A stretch of 37,728 bases of DNA from Ministeria vibrans ATCC 50519 (GCA_943704425.1 CALSCP010002574.1:1-37728), one strand, 5' to 3'; shown: positions 15,222-31,385, counted from the stretch's first letter. The notes: generated from the letters alone by a model not told the origin. Made by a program: numbers and translations.

Positions 15222-16951
15222 ATGTCGTCCACCACCGCCCACTATCCGGCTGCGCGCGCCTTCCAACAGTCGATTGCGCCTCGATTTCGCGAAGCGGTGA
15301 TTCTTGCGCCGATGGTTCGCTTCGGTGAGTTGAGAGTGGTCCAAACGGATTTCTCATACCACTGCAACTTTGACGCTGCGCAGGAACACTCCCTAGTCGG
15401 TTGACGTGCCTCGCGTACGGCGCCGACATCGTCTACACGCAAGAAACAATTGATCACAAGGTGGGTGTCCGAGAGAGCGTGTCTTGCAACTGGCCCTAAC
15501 GTCGTTGTGCTTTTTTTGTGCAGCTCATCAAATGTCGTCGAGTGATCAACAGCGAAGAGAAGACAATTGACTTTGTGCTGCCCAGCAACGAGATTGTGTT
15601 GCGTACGTGTGAGCGTGAGCGTGGGCGAGTAATATTGCAGATTGGCACGAGTAGCCCCGAACGAGCGGTGCAGGTGGCACGGCTCTGTGGCGACGACTTT
15701 GCCGGTATTGACGTCAATATGGGGTGCCCCAAGGAGTTCTCGCTGAAGGGAGGAATGGGTGCCGCGTTGCTACGGACACCCGACCTCGCGGCGTCCATTT
15801 TGGAGGCCCTCATGGCCGAGGTTGGCGATCGCATCTCCGTGACGTGCAAAATTCGGGTGCTGGACACGCCCGAGTCGACAGTGGCACTGGCCAAGCGCCT
15901 GATTGCGACTGGCATTGCAGCGATTGGAGTGCACTCGCGACGACAAGCGGAACGACCACGCGAGGCGGGTCATCCGGACCTGGTGCGTGCAGTGGTGGAT
16001 GCGTCGCCCATTCCGGTGATCGCCAATGGCGGCTCGCTCACCATCAAGACGTATGCCGACGCCATTGCATTTCGCGACCTCACCGGCGCACCCTCGGTGA
16101 TGATTGCCCGCGCCGCACAATACAACATGTCGGTGTTTCGCAAGGAAGGTAGCAGTTAAAGAAGGGGGGAGAAGGGCTAGGTGGACGAAGGCGAATTGAA
16201 GTCTTCTTCTGCGTAATTTGTAGGATTGGTGAGTGAGCTTGAGGCGGCCATTGTGTTTGTGCGTGAGGCGGTGGCGCTTAATCATCCTGTTGAGAACGTG
16301 CGGTGGGTTCTTCAAATTCTATTTGCCGGCGCAAGTTGTGTCACGATGGCGATGGTACGGCACGATTGGGTTGGAGCGAGATTTAAACGTCATAATAATT
16401 TATAATAGTATTAATTTTTTATAATAAATATTTTGTTTGTTTGATTGTTGTGCATGTTACAGAGAACACAGGTGGGCGAATCACGCACGCTCGAAGATAT
16501 ATGTCGTGCTCTGCATCAGCGTGCTCTGGCTGATGAGGCAGCGCAGCGACGGAAGAAGGGGCGGGGACACGAACGGCCTGGCGCGGCGACGGACGAAGGG
16601 ACAGGGCAAGCGAGGGCTAAGCGGGTGCGTCTTGACGTGGACCATGCCGAACATGTAGTTTATGCACGCAAGCGGCCGGGCGTGGGCACGAGCAAGGCGG
16701 TGCTTGCTGACTGGTGCGTCAAGAATAGACGTGCACTGCCGTCGTACGAAGTGGTGGAGGAGGCGGATGCGAGGTCCTTCCGCGCCGTCTGCGTCATGTT
16801 CGATGGAAAGCGCTATAGCAGTTTAGCCGGCGAGCGCAACAAACGCTTTTCCGAGCAAACTGCTGCAGCTGTGTGTCTGCGCGCACGCCTTCCGGAAATT
16901 TCCTCCTCCAACGGAGCGCGCATGCTCGACGAACACGGAAACGATTTTTAA
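15222..16951 (+). CDS. DUS2: tRNA-dihydrouridine synthase 2 with C-terminal dsRBD
   Basis: ILAPMVR, YGADIVY, ILQIGT, IDVNMGCPKEFSLKGGMGAALL, VTCKIR, IANGGS, VMIARAA; C-terminal dsRBD-like LPSYEV...FRAV...SEQTAAAVCL. Several short introns; start could be 15165. Confidence 0.92.
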
Positions 16952-17013
16952 CAATATGAAAAAATAAAAACGTGGGAGCTTTATGTATACATAGAAGAGT
17001 GGCACAGGCAGCG

Positions 17014-17015
<2 letters not shown>

Positions 17016-17110
<95 letters not shown>
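17016..17110. repeat. (GA)n microsatellite, intergenic
   Basis: Seen directly. Confidence 0.95.
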
Positions 17111-17112
<2 letters not shown>

Positions 17113-17120
17113 TCGCTGTG

Positions 17121-18727
17121 TTAGATTGGCGCGTACTCAAAGTCACCGTGGGGGCGGGAACGGCGGTTCTTGAGGAGGAAGACAAGAACGACGACGCAGA
17201 GAACAACACCGGCAGTCGAGACGGCGCCCACGACCGCCGCGCTGTTCTTGGACATGCGACGCTCACGCGGCTCGGGTGGATACACGGGCAGTAGCGATGT
17301 CGCGTTGATCATGAGGCCGAGCGACCAACCGAGCGACGTACCTGCAACCGATGTGTCAAAATGCAACGCAGTGCTGTTGGACAGGCCAAAGCCGTAGCTC
17401 ATGAGCTGGTAGGCGTAAGTCGCTTGGAAACAGTAGTTTGACAGCAAATCGGGATTGTGGGGCGGCATCTGCGACACCTGCGCCCACGAGAGGGCACATG
17501 CCGAGGCGGTGGCAGCCGCCAGCTGTGGCAGCGACGCAGTTGAGGTCAGGTTGAGGAACTCGATGGGATAGACATAGCCAGAAAAGGCATAGAAGGAGTC
17601 GACGGGGGGTGGTTCGAAGACACCGTTGAATGAGCAGGGAGGCGATGGACAGGGGGCCGTCTTGTTGAACAGCAGACGCACTTGCGCAGTACACGCTGCC
17701 GGGTCACTGCTACCAACAAACACGCGTGAGTCGTTGCTGGCGGGAGCACTCGACGTGTAGTTGTAGCCGGAGGGGACGCAGGGGTCGACGACAACGGACG
17801 CAGACGCATTGGACGCTGCAATGAGTGCATCCTCAAGTTGATATCGTGCCTCGAGAAGACCGTAGTAAAGGAAACTGTGCGTGTACAGCGGATAGGTGTG
17901 GCCATAAACGCTCTCGGTGTATTCGTAGCCAGCGGGGATGGGTTCGCTTGCGTTGGCCGGCACAAATGAGATTTGGGTACTTGCACCGCCCAGATCGAGA
18001 GCGCCCACGGTTGGGGGGAGGCTGCCCCCGGGTACACTGGCAGTAAGCAGACCCAACAGGTAGTTGACCTGAACCCAGCCGAAAGCACCCTCTTCGGTGC
18101 CCGAGATGATGCGCGCCGACGAGTTGTAAAAGAGAAAGGGCGTTTGGCTCATGACGAGACGCACCGACTCGAGCACGGCCTCGGCCTGCGCCGGGTTGGT
18201 AGCTTGCAGAAGACGCATGCCGGCCGTGGCACCGAGGATCAGCGGCGTCGTCGACCACTTGCCCTGGGGCACGTCGTGCTCCGCCTGCGCCAGACACGGC
18301 TGCAGCGACGCGCCCGCCTGGCTGGGATCCTCCGCAAACGACGATATCCCGGGCTTTGTGGCGCATGTCCACTTAACCTGGCTGATCGGTGGGGCCTCCT
18401 CGACAAGCGGCGTGTCGGGCGTTGACCTATTTGAAAGAGTGTAAAAGAGAAAAGACAAAAAAAAAAAATTCCCCCCAAACCATTGAAAAGAAAAAAAGAA
18501 AAGAAAAAGGAAGGGAGGGGAAGAGCGAAGGTAGCAAGGTACCTATGAGGCCATGTGAAAATGGTGAGGTCGGAATGGGACGAGCCGGCGTCAATGACAA
18601 TGCCGAAATCCCACTCATCGACCGACTCATACGACGAGCGCAAGACGATGGTCGAGACGAGCCCGCCAAGGGACGCAACGCCAACCAGAACAGTGACTAC
18701 AAAGAGCGGCCCGCGAAGCGTGCCCAT
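17121..18727 (-). CDS. GDA1/CD39-family NTPDase (ecto-apyrase) with N- and C-terminal TMs
   Basis: Apyrase conserved regions IDAGSSHS, GATAGMRLL, SGTEEG, DLGGASTQ and GWSLG. One intron at ~18543-18428. Confidence 0.93.
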
Positions 18728-18964
18728 AGCAACGATGTCTTCAAATTTAATAAAAATATATTGTTCAATGTTCGTAGTGTCCTTAGAAGAAGAATTTTAT
18801 ACACACACACACAATTTTACTCCTACTCCAGATCAGAAGCCAGAAATACTTATTAAGTGAGGCGCGTCATTCGTCAAGGGACGGGTTAAAAGATGGGCTC
18901 ATGTAGATTGTAGGGAGTGAAGACAAATTTAAAAGATAATACACACACTCTTTATACATGGACT

Positions 18965-20294
18965 TTACAGTTTTGAAACGGGAGCGTGAGTCGACTCCCA
19001 GTGTGCCTGGGCACGTGCAAAGAAGGCAGTCATGGCGCGCATGTACTCCTCGGGATGCTCGACCATGTGTGCGGCGTGTCGCGAGCTGCTAAAGCGGAGC
19101 CCCTCGATGGGAAGCCCCTCTTGCTTGACGCGGTCAATGTTCTGCTGGATGCGTGCACAGTCGGCGACCTGTGAATGGAGAATGAAAGAAAGAGGTGAGA
19201 GGATACGAGGTAAAGGGAAGGCGGTGTGCTTACTCGGTCGTTTTCTCCAAAGACAATGAGTGCGGGAGGCAAGGGGGCAAGGGGGCTGGCAAGGGTGAGA
19301 CGGCGGATAATGGAAGCAAGGTCGCGCACACGACTGGCGCTGGCTTCGTGGTCACGCCACACTCCCGTCACAAACAAGTAGAGAGCGAGAAGAGCCTGAG
19401 TAAAAGGGATGGGTTGAGCGTGTGTGGTTTGACTGAATGTCCTCTCATCTGCGGGAAAAAAAATGAGTCACCTTTGAGCCGTAGTAGAGAGGTGCGAGGC
19501 GCAGTGGCTCGTCGAGGTTGATGTTGCTGGTGATGACAGAGCTGATGCCTTGCACCACATCAGTGCTCTCGGCGGGCGAGTCGGCGACCAACCCCGACAG
19601 ATTGCGAGAGATCTTTAGGTAGCGCTCGGGGTTTCTCGCGAGATGACCCAGCACCTCACCACACGTGTAGGACCCTGCGCTAAAAATGTGGAACACCACA
19701 GGACGATCGGTGTACATCATAGTGCACGCAAGATCGACTAGTCTGTGGCGGTAGCATATGACCGTGCGGTGCATCAGCGACGACAAACGGAGGTGTGTAT
19801 AGCTAGTGGGTACCTCTTGGCGGCACGGCGTCCGTGATAGGGTCTGAGACAATGGTGAGGCATGGTCTTGAGAATAAGAATGTCGAAGCCGCTGTGAGAA
19901 GGAGAAGGATAACAAGACACGGTCAGAGGGAGAGGAAACGCGCTGTGGTCACAAACACACTCCGATGGAGGAGAGAGCCACAACTAGGCGGCTTGGCGGA
20001 GCCAAAGGGCATTACCGGGATCCATAGAGCTCTTCAGTGTACTATGAAACGGAGCGGAAGGGAGCGGGGTGAGTGAGAGAGACGCAAGAGCAAATGCGCG
20101 AATCGGTTCGGACACGCGCACACTGATGAGTGATGACATGCCCATCTTCGCACCTTTTTGAGCACTTTCAGGGCCGACGAGGACTTCCAACCAGCAACAC
20201 TGTTGATCCATGAGATGACAATGGCGAGGGGAACCGTTGTTTTGCGTTCGCGTTGATGTAAAATGAGAAACTCATTCAGCTGCACCTCGTCCAT
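18965..20294 (-). CDS. TMEM53/DUF829-like alpha/beta-hydrolase-fold protein (multi-exon)
   Basis: Exon fragments AGW, YTEELYG, VVFHIFSAG, GLVADSP, LIVFGEND, FSSSRHAAHMVEHPEEY. Exon boundaries are approximate. Confidence 0.7.
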
Positions 20295-20637
20295 GGTGGC
20301 GAGATCTTAGTATCAATACTCCTGATCGGATTGTCCCCGACAATCGACGAACGATAATAATACTGACGACGATTAAGTCGCCTGAACTTGAACTGCTCTG
20401 AAATGATCAAATCAACAATAATTAATGTATTATCGACAGCACACAACACACAACACACAACACACAACACACAACACACACACACACACACACAAAACAG
20501 CCCAGACAATAAGCTACAGGGGGAGTCGAAAGAGAGCAGGGCTAGATTGACTGATGGCCAGGCAAGTGCCGCGATTGGTACCAGATACACCACATCCCCA
20601 AGAGGGACATCAAAAAGTTACATATTTTTAATCCATT

Positions 20638-22384
20638 CTACTTGCCACACACATCGGAGAGAATAACTTGAGCAGCATTGCGTCCGGGGGCACCCATGAC
20701 ACCCCCACCGGGGTGAGCGGAGGCACTGGCAAGGTAAAGCCCTGTCAATGGCAGCCGATAGTCACTGTGGCCGGGGACGGGACGAGCATAGCCCAGCTGA
20801 TTCAACGAGAGCGCCTAACATTGAACAAGAGAATATCGGGAAGGAGTCAATGGCCGCATTCAAATGACACATGAAAACGAAAAAGAAACGCCAACGTACG
20901 CCATGCGTGATGCTGCCGCCTTCGAGACCAAAGATGGTCTGCAGGTCGAGGGGGGAGAGCGCGTCGTAGGCAAGGATGGACGACGAGAAGCCGGGTGCAA
21001 ACTGGTCGACGAGACGGAAGACACGATAGACAAAGTCGCGCTTGAAGGCATCGTCGGCCCACGAGAGGCCGGGTGCAAGGTGAAAGGGTGCGTACTGGAC
21101 AAAGAGCTGCGCGACGTGCTTGCCGGGAGGTGCAAGGGTCGTGTCGATGGCAGAGGGAATGGTCATCTCGACGACGGGACGGGCTGCAGGGTGGCCCGTG
21201 CGTGCCTCTGCGTACGCCCGCTCCAAGTCCGCCATGTGGTTCTCAAAGTGGATGGTGCCTCGATGCTCGGGCCCCGCCACCGAGTCGCTGTCGCTGCGAA
21301 ACGGCAAGCACGGAAAGCGCGGTAAACGGTCGATGGCGCAGTTGATCTTGAAGGAGCCACAGGAGTGGTCAATCTGACGCACTTTCTTGATAAATGAGGG
21401 GGGAAGCGACGACTGTGGCACGAGGTGCTCTATTGCGTGGTGTAAGCCGCAGCCAACGACGACTGTTTTAGCGTCAAATTCACGTCCATCTTCGAGGCGC
21501 ACGCCGGCCACAGAGGCGTCGTCGGCACTGGTGAGGACTCGCGAGACGGGTGCCGACAGTTCAATGGTAGCGCCAGCTTGACGTGCGGCGCTCGCAATGG
21601 CGTCCGACACGGCACCCATGCCGCCTTCGACGTACGCCCAAACACCCTTTTGGCCAGCCGCTTCGCCCATGACATGATGAAGCAGCACGTAGGCGGAGCC
21701 GGGCAGGCTTGGGGCGGTCATGGCCCCAATAACCGCATCCGTCGCAAGTGTCGTCTTGAGGATGTCACTCTCGAACCAATGATTGAGAATTCGGTCGGCT
21801 GGTGAGGTGAACAGCTCGTAAAGAGGTGCAAGTACGTCGGCGTGACGATGCGCCTGACGGGCAACACTCGAAATGCGCTTCACAGTTCGAAGTTGTTCGG
21901 GCCAGCGACCCTTAAAGGGCTCGGGTGGTGCGCCGTCAAGCAGCGGCGATACGACCTCGCGCACACGCCCTAGAAAGTCCTCGTACTCGGCAAAGGCGTC
22001 GGCGTCTGCGCGCGAGAACTGTGCGATGCTCTTGTGGGTTTCGCTGGCGTCGGACCCAAGCATGAGCGACCGGCCATGGTAAACACCACCGTTGGCGGGC
22101 GACGGAGTGAACGACGATGGATTGCGCGCGAGGTACTTGAAGCCATGCCGCTCGAGTTGGAGATCTTCAATGATTTGCGGTCGAAGCAAGCCGGCTAGGT
22201 AGCTGGCGCGGGAGAACTTGAAGCCGGGGACGAGCTCCTCGGTGACGGCTGCGCCACCAACCAGCTCGCGTCTCTCAAACACTATGGTCGAGAGCCCCCC
22301 GCGAGCAAGATAGGCCGCAGCCACAAGAGCATTGTGGCCGCCCCCTACGATAGCAACATCGTATGCGCGACGTAGGGTAGACAT
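20638..22384 (-). CDS. PYROXD2: Pyridine nucleotide-disulfide oxidoreductase domain protein 2 (phytoene-dehydrogenase-like)
   Basis: [46 protein letters not shown]; last exon [17 protein letters not shown]. Confidence 0.92.
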
Positions 22385-22489
22385 TAAAATAGTGAGAAAA
22401 AGAAAACAGTTTCAGTCTTTTACACTTTTTATTTTCTTTCTTTAATTCTTTTTTTATAAATATTCGCGATCCTTGAGCGGTTTAGCGTC

Positions 22490-23437
22490 ATGGATCAACA
22501 ACGAACACGAAAATTTGCAGTGCTCGGGTTTCGCGCAGTCGGTACGAGAAGTGACACCCTTTTTTTTTTCTTTCTTTTTTTCCTTTTTTCTTTCTTTCCT
22601 CTTCTACGCTTGTTGTATTGCGCACGACACATGCAGCTCATCTGTTATTTTGGGTGTGCAGGCAAGTCGTCGCTGAGCCATCGGTTTGCGGACGGCGACT
22701 TTGACGAGGAGTACAATCCGACCATTGAAAATACGCTGACGACGCAAGTGAACTACAAGGTACGAAACGCCATACGGCCCACGGTTGGCCCAGGCGCCGT
22801 TGACATGCGCCGGCGTAGGGACAAAACTACAGCGTGGTGGTCATTGACACAGCGGGACAGGTGAGCTACTCTGCCAAACGCACAGCAGTATTTCCAATGT
22901 CGTGAATGCCCAGAAAAGTTGAAATTTGACACCTTGTTACATAAGCATGTGGTTGTGCATATGCGACTGTTGTTATGTGTGTATGTATGTGTATGTGTGG
23001 GTATGTGCGAGCGGCTGAATATTGAGAGGGTATTTTGTGCCAATGAATAGATTCTGTTTTGTAGGATGAGTACAGTATATTTCCACGGCACATGGCAGTG
23101 GGGGTCCATGGGTATGTGATTGTGTATTCCGTGACAAGGTATGTATTCTGGGTCGATTCTCCTGTGGTAATTGTCTTTTGGTACATGTAGTGCCAAGTCA
23201 TTAGAAGTGGCCAAAATTATCTACGAGAAGCTCTTGGATGCGACTGGTTCGACCAAGGTACGTGTGACATCTGACAACAGCGATGTGGAGGGGGTTAAAA
23301 CGCATGACGCGTGTAGGTTCCGCTCGTGCTCGTTGGCAATAAGGTATTATTTTTATCATTTGCTTTTGTCAAGTGTGTGATTGTAATCTTTGGTGTATAT
23401 GTGTGTATGTCTATTATCATCTGGCTTATAAAATAAT

Positions 23438-23470
<33 letters not shown>

Positions 23471-23749
23471 ATGTGTATTGACAGTCTTGTGTCTCATTGA
23501 GCTACCCTACTCACCCTTTCACTGGTATCTGTTGCGTCTGCTCAGTGCGACCTGACGCCCGAGCGGGTTGTGAGCTACATGGATGGCAAGCGACAGGGCG
23601 ATGCCTTTGGCTGTCAGTTTGTCGAGGCGTCTGCCAAGGAAAATCAGAGTGTTAAGAACGTGTTTGAGACGCTTCTGTACGAGGTGGAGCAGCTCGACAA
23701 GGCCAAGGCGCCCGTCGAGAAGAGTGACGACAACTGTTGTATTCTATAA
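22490..23749 (+). CDS. RHEB: Rheb small GTPase
   Basis: Spliced GFRAVGKSS (Rheb-typical Arg), YNPTIENT, DTAGQDEYSIFP, VGNKCDL, EASAKEN, C-terminal CCIL. Confidence 0.93.
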
Positions 23750-23772
23750 ACCGTTTTTTATTTTTATTATTC

Positions 23773-26214
23773 TCATACATCTGACTCGGCCATCTCCCCA
23801 AGACACACCAGGAGGGGCGTCGCATCCTCGGGGGCGGGTGCAAAGCGAGCGTGAGTAACGGGTACAACGGCAAAGCGTACGGGGGCAGATGGCGAGGGCA
23901 GAGGTAGTCCTGCAATGCGATAGCTGAGCGCAAACGCACGACCAATGGGCTGAAAGGACGTCGCACCGTCAAGACGCACGTAAATGTCAAAGTACGCTGC
24001 AGGTTCTGCCACATTGTGTTGAGCAGCGTACTCCCAATGCAGCGTCGCATGCAAAGCAAGCGATGGTCGACGCACGAGCTCAATAGAAGTGCACATCAGC
24101 TGCGTGACGTTACGTTGCGAGAAGGCCAGCGACGAACAGAATGCGATGCGCAAGTCCCCAAGCAATGCTTCAACCGACTTGGGAGATGATTGCTCGTCCA
24201 GTAAATTATCTGCAGCACTGCTACTGCCGCGAGGAGCAGGATTCCGGATTGAAGAGGCGGGGGGCGTGCAAACCAGCTTAATCTCTTTGATACGGCCCTC
24301 GCGCAGACGACGATCCGACAGCACAAAGTGTCGGCGTACCCAACCATGGCGCACTACATCACGGTGGCCACAGGCTTTCTCCAGTCGTGCGTGGCTCTCG
24401 CCCGATACGGGAGCAAAGACTTGTCGATGCGACGACTCTTCCAGGCGTTGCGAAGGTATCAGCCCGTGGCGTTCGAGAAGCGCAGTCGACGTGTCGCTGT
24501 CGCTGCTGTCACCTGCAGCGTGCTCAACAATCGTGTCGTTGAAAGGGGCGAGCACAATAAATGGGGGAAGATTGGGCGTTACTTCGAGGAGCAACAGAAG
24601 GGATAGAGACACGTTGTGTTCGCGCGCCGTGTACGACACAACCAGAGGGGCTCGCAGCGAGAAGGACACGTGAAAGAGGGGAAACACCCAGCGGCACTCT
24701 AGACTGTCACTCGGTGTGGCGGGAGGACGAAGCGTGCCGGTGAAACGGAGACTGCCATACGCCGAGAGGCCCGGTGCGTCAAGAGACACCTGGCTGGGAT
24801 CGAACGAGAAGAACGTCTGGGAGTCGAGACACACGAGTTTGGACGTGTTGAGGGACGGGACGGGCGTCGCCTCACTTAGATTCACCCAGGGCCCCGTCTC
24901 TACTGTGTTGCATGGCGCTGCATTCATAATGTACGCTGGACCGGCGCCGCGACAGAAGGAAGTGTAGAAGGGTAGCGATGATTGCACAAAGGTGCCCAAA
25001 TGTGGATGGAGCAATTGCCAAAAGCGTTCATAGGCGGCCTCCCGGCTATCCTTTGTCGTGTGGTTCTCGTGCGTCCAGCCCGGTGCAAAAAGCGCACAAC
25101 TCAGGCCGGCTTCGCGTGCGGCTGCAACTGCCTGGGCAGTACCAAAGCCCCCACCGCCGTACGTGCCGCGACCAAAGATGTCGACACCGGCATACACAGC
25201 TCTCTTTCGATTGCCAGCAACAGTGGCGGAGCGTGTGAGTGCCAGGGGGTTCCACTTATAGTCAAGGAAGATGCCGTCGCAAACGGCAAAAAAGGGTCGA
25301 TTGTGTTCGTTGAGCTGGCCTTGCCATGCAAGTTTACCGGTTTGCGCCGACACACTGTCATACCAGATTACCTGCGAGTAAGGATGCACAATGTGCATGG
25401 CCTCGGTGAGTGTCTTGACAAACTCCACGACTACTGGCAGCTGCCCTTGCTCAATGTGGTTCTCCACATTGACAAGCCAGCCGTCGAAGCGATGGTGCTG
25501 AGCGACCGCAACGAGAGCGTCAGCGCAAGCGCGCGCCGACTCGCTTGAGGCAAAGAGACGCTCGCAAACAAGTTTTCCGTCGTCCCATTCGGTGATCAAG
25601 GTACCCAGAATGGGAACGCCGTGTGCATGAGCGGCATTGGTCCACGCAGGGGGCGGGATGGTGACGAGAGCGTGTGAGAAGTACACGAAAAGGTCGATGC
25701 GGTGCCAATGCGTAAAGAGAAAGGGATCGTCAGCGAAAGTACGCCGCTGCGGGCACACATCCATGCCGGTGTAGCCCCCCTTCATGTCGTGACACACAAG
25801 GGTGCGCGTGATTGTGTCCGTGTCGTGGACGTCGCGGACGAGGCGTCGACGGGCGACCGCGGTGAGTGGGCGAAGAGGCACAAGCTGTTTGTCGACCGAG
25901 CGGAAATTGAGCAGCTCCGTCAGCGATGTGATGGGTGCGGCGCGCGGGAGAGACTGAGGTCTAAGCACCGATTTGAACTTGTGCGTCGCCGAGTGTTTTG
26001 CACCAATGGCTGTCGCAGACGCTTTTGCTGTGGTTGAGGTCGAAAGTTGTGCCTGTCGCCTTTCACGCATTGTCGTGACGGTTTCATTTGTAAGCGTTGC
26101 CATGCGTTGCCGCCGGCGTTCAAGCTGTCTCTGCTGGAGGCAATGGACGATGTAGGAAACGAAGACAGCGATCAGAATCGCCGCAGCGACGGTCGTTGCA
26201 TCCACCATCATCAT
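23773..26214 (-). CDS. ENGASE: Endo-beta-N-acetylglucosaminidase (GH85)
   Basis: TLVCHDMKGGY, IDLFVYFSH, WTNAAH, LGTLITEW, FDGWLVNVEN, VIWYDSV, YAGVDIFGRG, ALFAPGW. Intronless ORF. Confidence 0.93.
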   Translation of the reverse strand: MMMVDATTVAAAILIAVFVSYIVHCLQQRQLERRRQRMATLTNETVTTMRERRQAQLSTSTTAKASATAIGAKHSATHKFKSVLRPQSLPRAAPITSLTELLNFRSVDKQLVPLRPLTAVARRRLVRDVHDTDTITRTLVCHDMKGGYTGMDVCPQRRTFADDPFLFTHWHRIDLFVYFSHALVTIPPPAWTNAAHAHGVPILGTLITEWDDGKLVCERLFASSESARACADALVAVAQHHRFDGWLVNVENHIEQGQLPVVVEFVKTLTEAMHIVHPYSQVIWYDSVSAQTGKLAWQGQLNEHNRPFFAVCDGIFLDYKWNPLALTRSATVAGNRKRAVYAGVDIFGRGTYGGGGFGTAQAVAAAREAGLSCALFAPGWTHENHTTKDSREAAYERFWQLLHPHLGTFVQSSLPFYTSFCRGAGPAYIMNAAPCNTVETGPWVNLSEATPVPSLNTSKLVCLDSQTFFSFDPSQVSLDAPGLSAYGSLRFTGTLRPPATPSDSLECRWVFPLFHVSFSLRAPLVVSYTAREHNVSLSLLLLLEVTPNLPPFIVLAPFNDTIVEHAAGDSSDSDTSTALLERHGLIPSQRLEESSHRQVFAPVSGESHARLEKACGHRDVVRHGWVRRHFVLSDRRLREGRIKEIKLVCTPPASSIRNPAPRGSSSAADNLLDEQSSPKSVEALLGDLRIAFCSSLAFSQRNVTQLMCTSIELVRRPSLALHATLHWEYAAQHNVAEPAAYFDIYVRLDGATSFQPIGRAFALSYRIAGLPLPSPSAPVRFAVVPVTHARFAPAPEDATPLLVCLGEMAESDV

Positions 26215-26392
26215 CGGAGGCAACACGACGCGAAAGAGAAAAATGAATAATGATCGTCGATAGACACAGACGATATCACGATAATAGCGAGCGACCGAGC
26301 GAGTGAAAAAAAGCTTTAATGTTTTTTTAATACTTTTATTCGTTCATCGCGTGACTGGATAAAGAAAAATAAAAAGAAACACAAAGTTTCTC

Positions 26393-28955
<2,563 letters not shown>

Positions 28956-29420
28956 GCCAGTCGCCCTTCACGTCCCACTCCGCCCTGTGTAACTGCTCAT
29001 TTTCTGTTCCGTGTTCAATTACAGCACTTGATCGAGATTGTGATATTTTTAATTAAGAATAAACCAATCATTAAAATATTATAATATTTTATAATAATTA
29101 TTATTGTGCTTTAAAAGGTTTCTTTTCTAATCAGAATAAATTTTAAATTTATTATTATTTTTTAATATGCCTATGGAATGCCTTTCATGGCTATTGCACT
29201 TTTATAGAATACAAAGCACCCGATTTTTTGACAAAATTGTGCGCAATAGCCGGTCAGCGTTTTATATGAACGAATTGAAAAACGAATTATAAACAACTGT
29301 AACAATTGACCATAAAGTCGATGCATATTTCATCACTATTATTATTGTTATTAATTTCGCGCGACAAAGGCGCGTTTGAATATGCAAAAAAGAGAAAGGC
29401 TAAAAAAGTTGTATTGGAGT

Positions 29421-31073
29421 TTACTCAAGCGCAGAAGCACCAGAGATGATCTCAATGAGCTCGCGCGTAATGACAGCCTGGCGAGTACGGTTGAACAGCA
29501 GCGTCAGACTGGAAATCATGTCACCTGAAAAAAAAAAAAAATAAGATTAGGCCTGTGGAACATGCACGTTAGAATCAGCATACCGGCGTTGTTGCTGGCA
29601 TTCTCCATGGCGGACATGCGTGCACTCAGTTCACTCGCAGCTCCCTAACAACGCACAGGTCAGTCCTACATTCGGCAGTCGCTACACACAAACGTACCTC
29701 CATCATGGCGTAGTAGACGCTCACAGCAAGGTGGAACTCTTGAAAGTTCTGGATAATGTCGTCTTCAAGTTCGTACTTGACCAACTCGGGCGACTCAGCG
29801 AGCTGCTCAAACGAGTAGAGGGGCAGTGACGTTGTCTCATACGCAATCGCGGACTTGAAGTGGTTGTACAGCACACTGCCTGTGCCAAAGTTATATCCGC
29901 TCTGAAGCGCAGCATCCGCGATACTCGAAGCATCGCCAAACGTGGGTGGGCGCTTCCCAATTTCATTGAAGTTGTAGAGAATTCGCTGCGAGCACAGACA
30001 CACAAGACGATGACACGAGAAAAAAAAAATCATCGGTCAGTGTCTCGCAATCAATTCACACCAATAAATTGCCCTACCTTTCCCTCCTTCCTCGAGAGCA
30101 TAGCCTTAATCTTGTCGCCAACACAGATCACCTTCAGGCCGGTGTCTGCCGCTACCTGTGTCGACGAATAGAAGAGAAGACGACGGGAGTGAGTATTAAA
30201 CGCCGAGTCACTTTCGTGTGTAAAACACGTACAAGACGAGCGCGAATGTTTCGGGCAAGCGACGAATGGATAGCACCGCAAAGTCCACGGTCGGAGGAGA
30301 TGAGAATCGCAAGCTCATTCTCGACTTTCTACAAAGGTCCAACCCAGACACAAAGTGGAGAGTCAGAGCGAAAGGACTGACACTCCGCATAGACCAACTT
30401 ACCTCAGGCATAGCGACCTGTGCCTTCTCGGCGAACTGCTTCAATGCAACACCCACAACACGGGCAACTTTCAGCTGTCGCTCGGCGCGTGAGAACTGGG
30501 TTGAAAACGAAACAAATGATTGTCAAAAAAATTTTTTTTTAAAAAGACTCGCCAGAAGGCCCATCGACGCTAATAATTGGTAATAACAAACAAGAGGCAG
30601 GTAGTACGCCAACAGTACACGTCGATTCCAACGACACCAACAGAAATGAATCGCACAAACCAGAGGAGACCACCAAACGAAAGAAAGAAAAAAANNNNNN
30701 NNAAAAAAAAAACGAGAGGAACAGGCAGAGAAGGCAGAACTGGGGAGGTGGGATAGGACAGGACAGGGCAAAGGGAGCGGAGCAGCATGGGCGGTGGCAA
30801 AGGCGGCGGCCGGCGTGCGCGAATCAGCACAGATGCGCTGTCGTACCTTCGCAGCGCTGACCATTTTCATTGACGCCGTGATTTTGCCAATGTTCTGGAC
30901 GGACTTGAGGCGGGTCGAAATCTCCTTGAGTGTTGCCATGGTACGCGCTGGCTGGGCGAGTGACACAGGCGTTCTTGCAACGCTGCGATGTCGAACAAGA
31001 GATGAGAAAAGGATTCGGGTAAGACAAACGCTGTCGGGATCAAACCATACCGAGAGTAAGCGACGCGAAACAT
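29421..31073 (-). CDS. ATP5F1C: Mitochondrial F1 ATP synthase gamma subunit
   Basis: Presequence MFRVAYSR..., [82 protein letters not shown]. Many introns; N-gap in one intron. Confidence 0.96.
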
Positions 31074-31385
31074 GTCGGATTGAGGCAGTCAGACAGACGA
31101 AAGAGAAAATAAAATAAAAATTACTTTCGTGACTAGTAGAATAACAATAAAGATATGTTCCCTTTTTTTACACACACACTTTCCCCCACCCTCGCCCAGC
31201 GGTCAACACTCAGCAGTTATCAGTCAGAAACCAAGCAAAATCTCTTTGTGGTGCGGGTTAGTGCTACTTACTGTCCTCGAGTGATTCAAATGTGTGTCAA
31301 ATGTGAAATGAGATCGTTCCTCAAGGTTCAAAAAAAAAAATAACAAATTTCAACTAGTATAATATTTTCGCTTCACCCCCTTACT

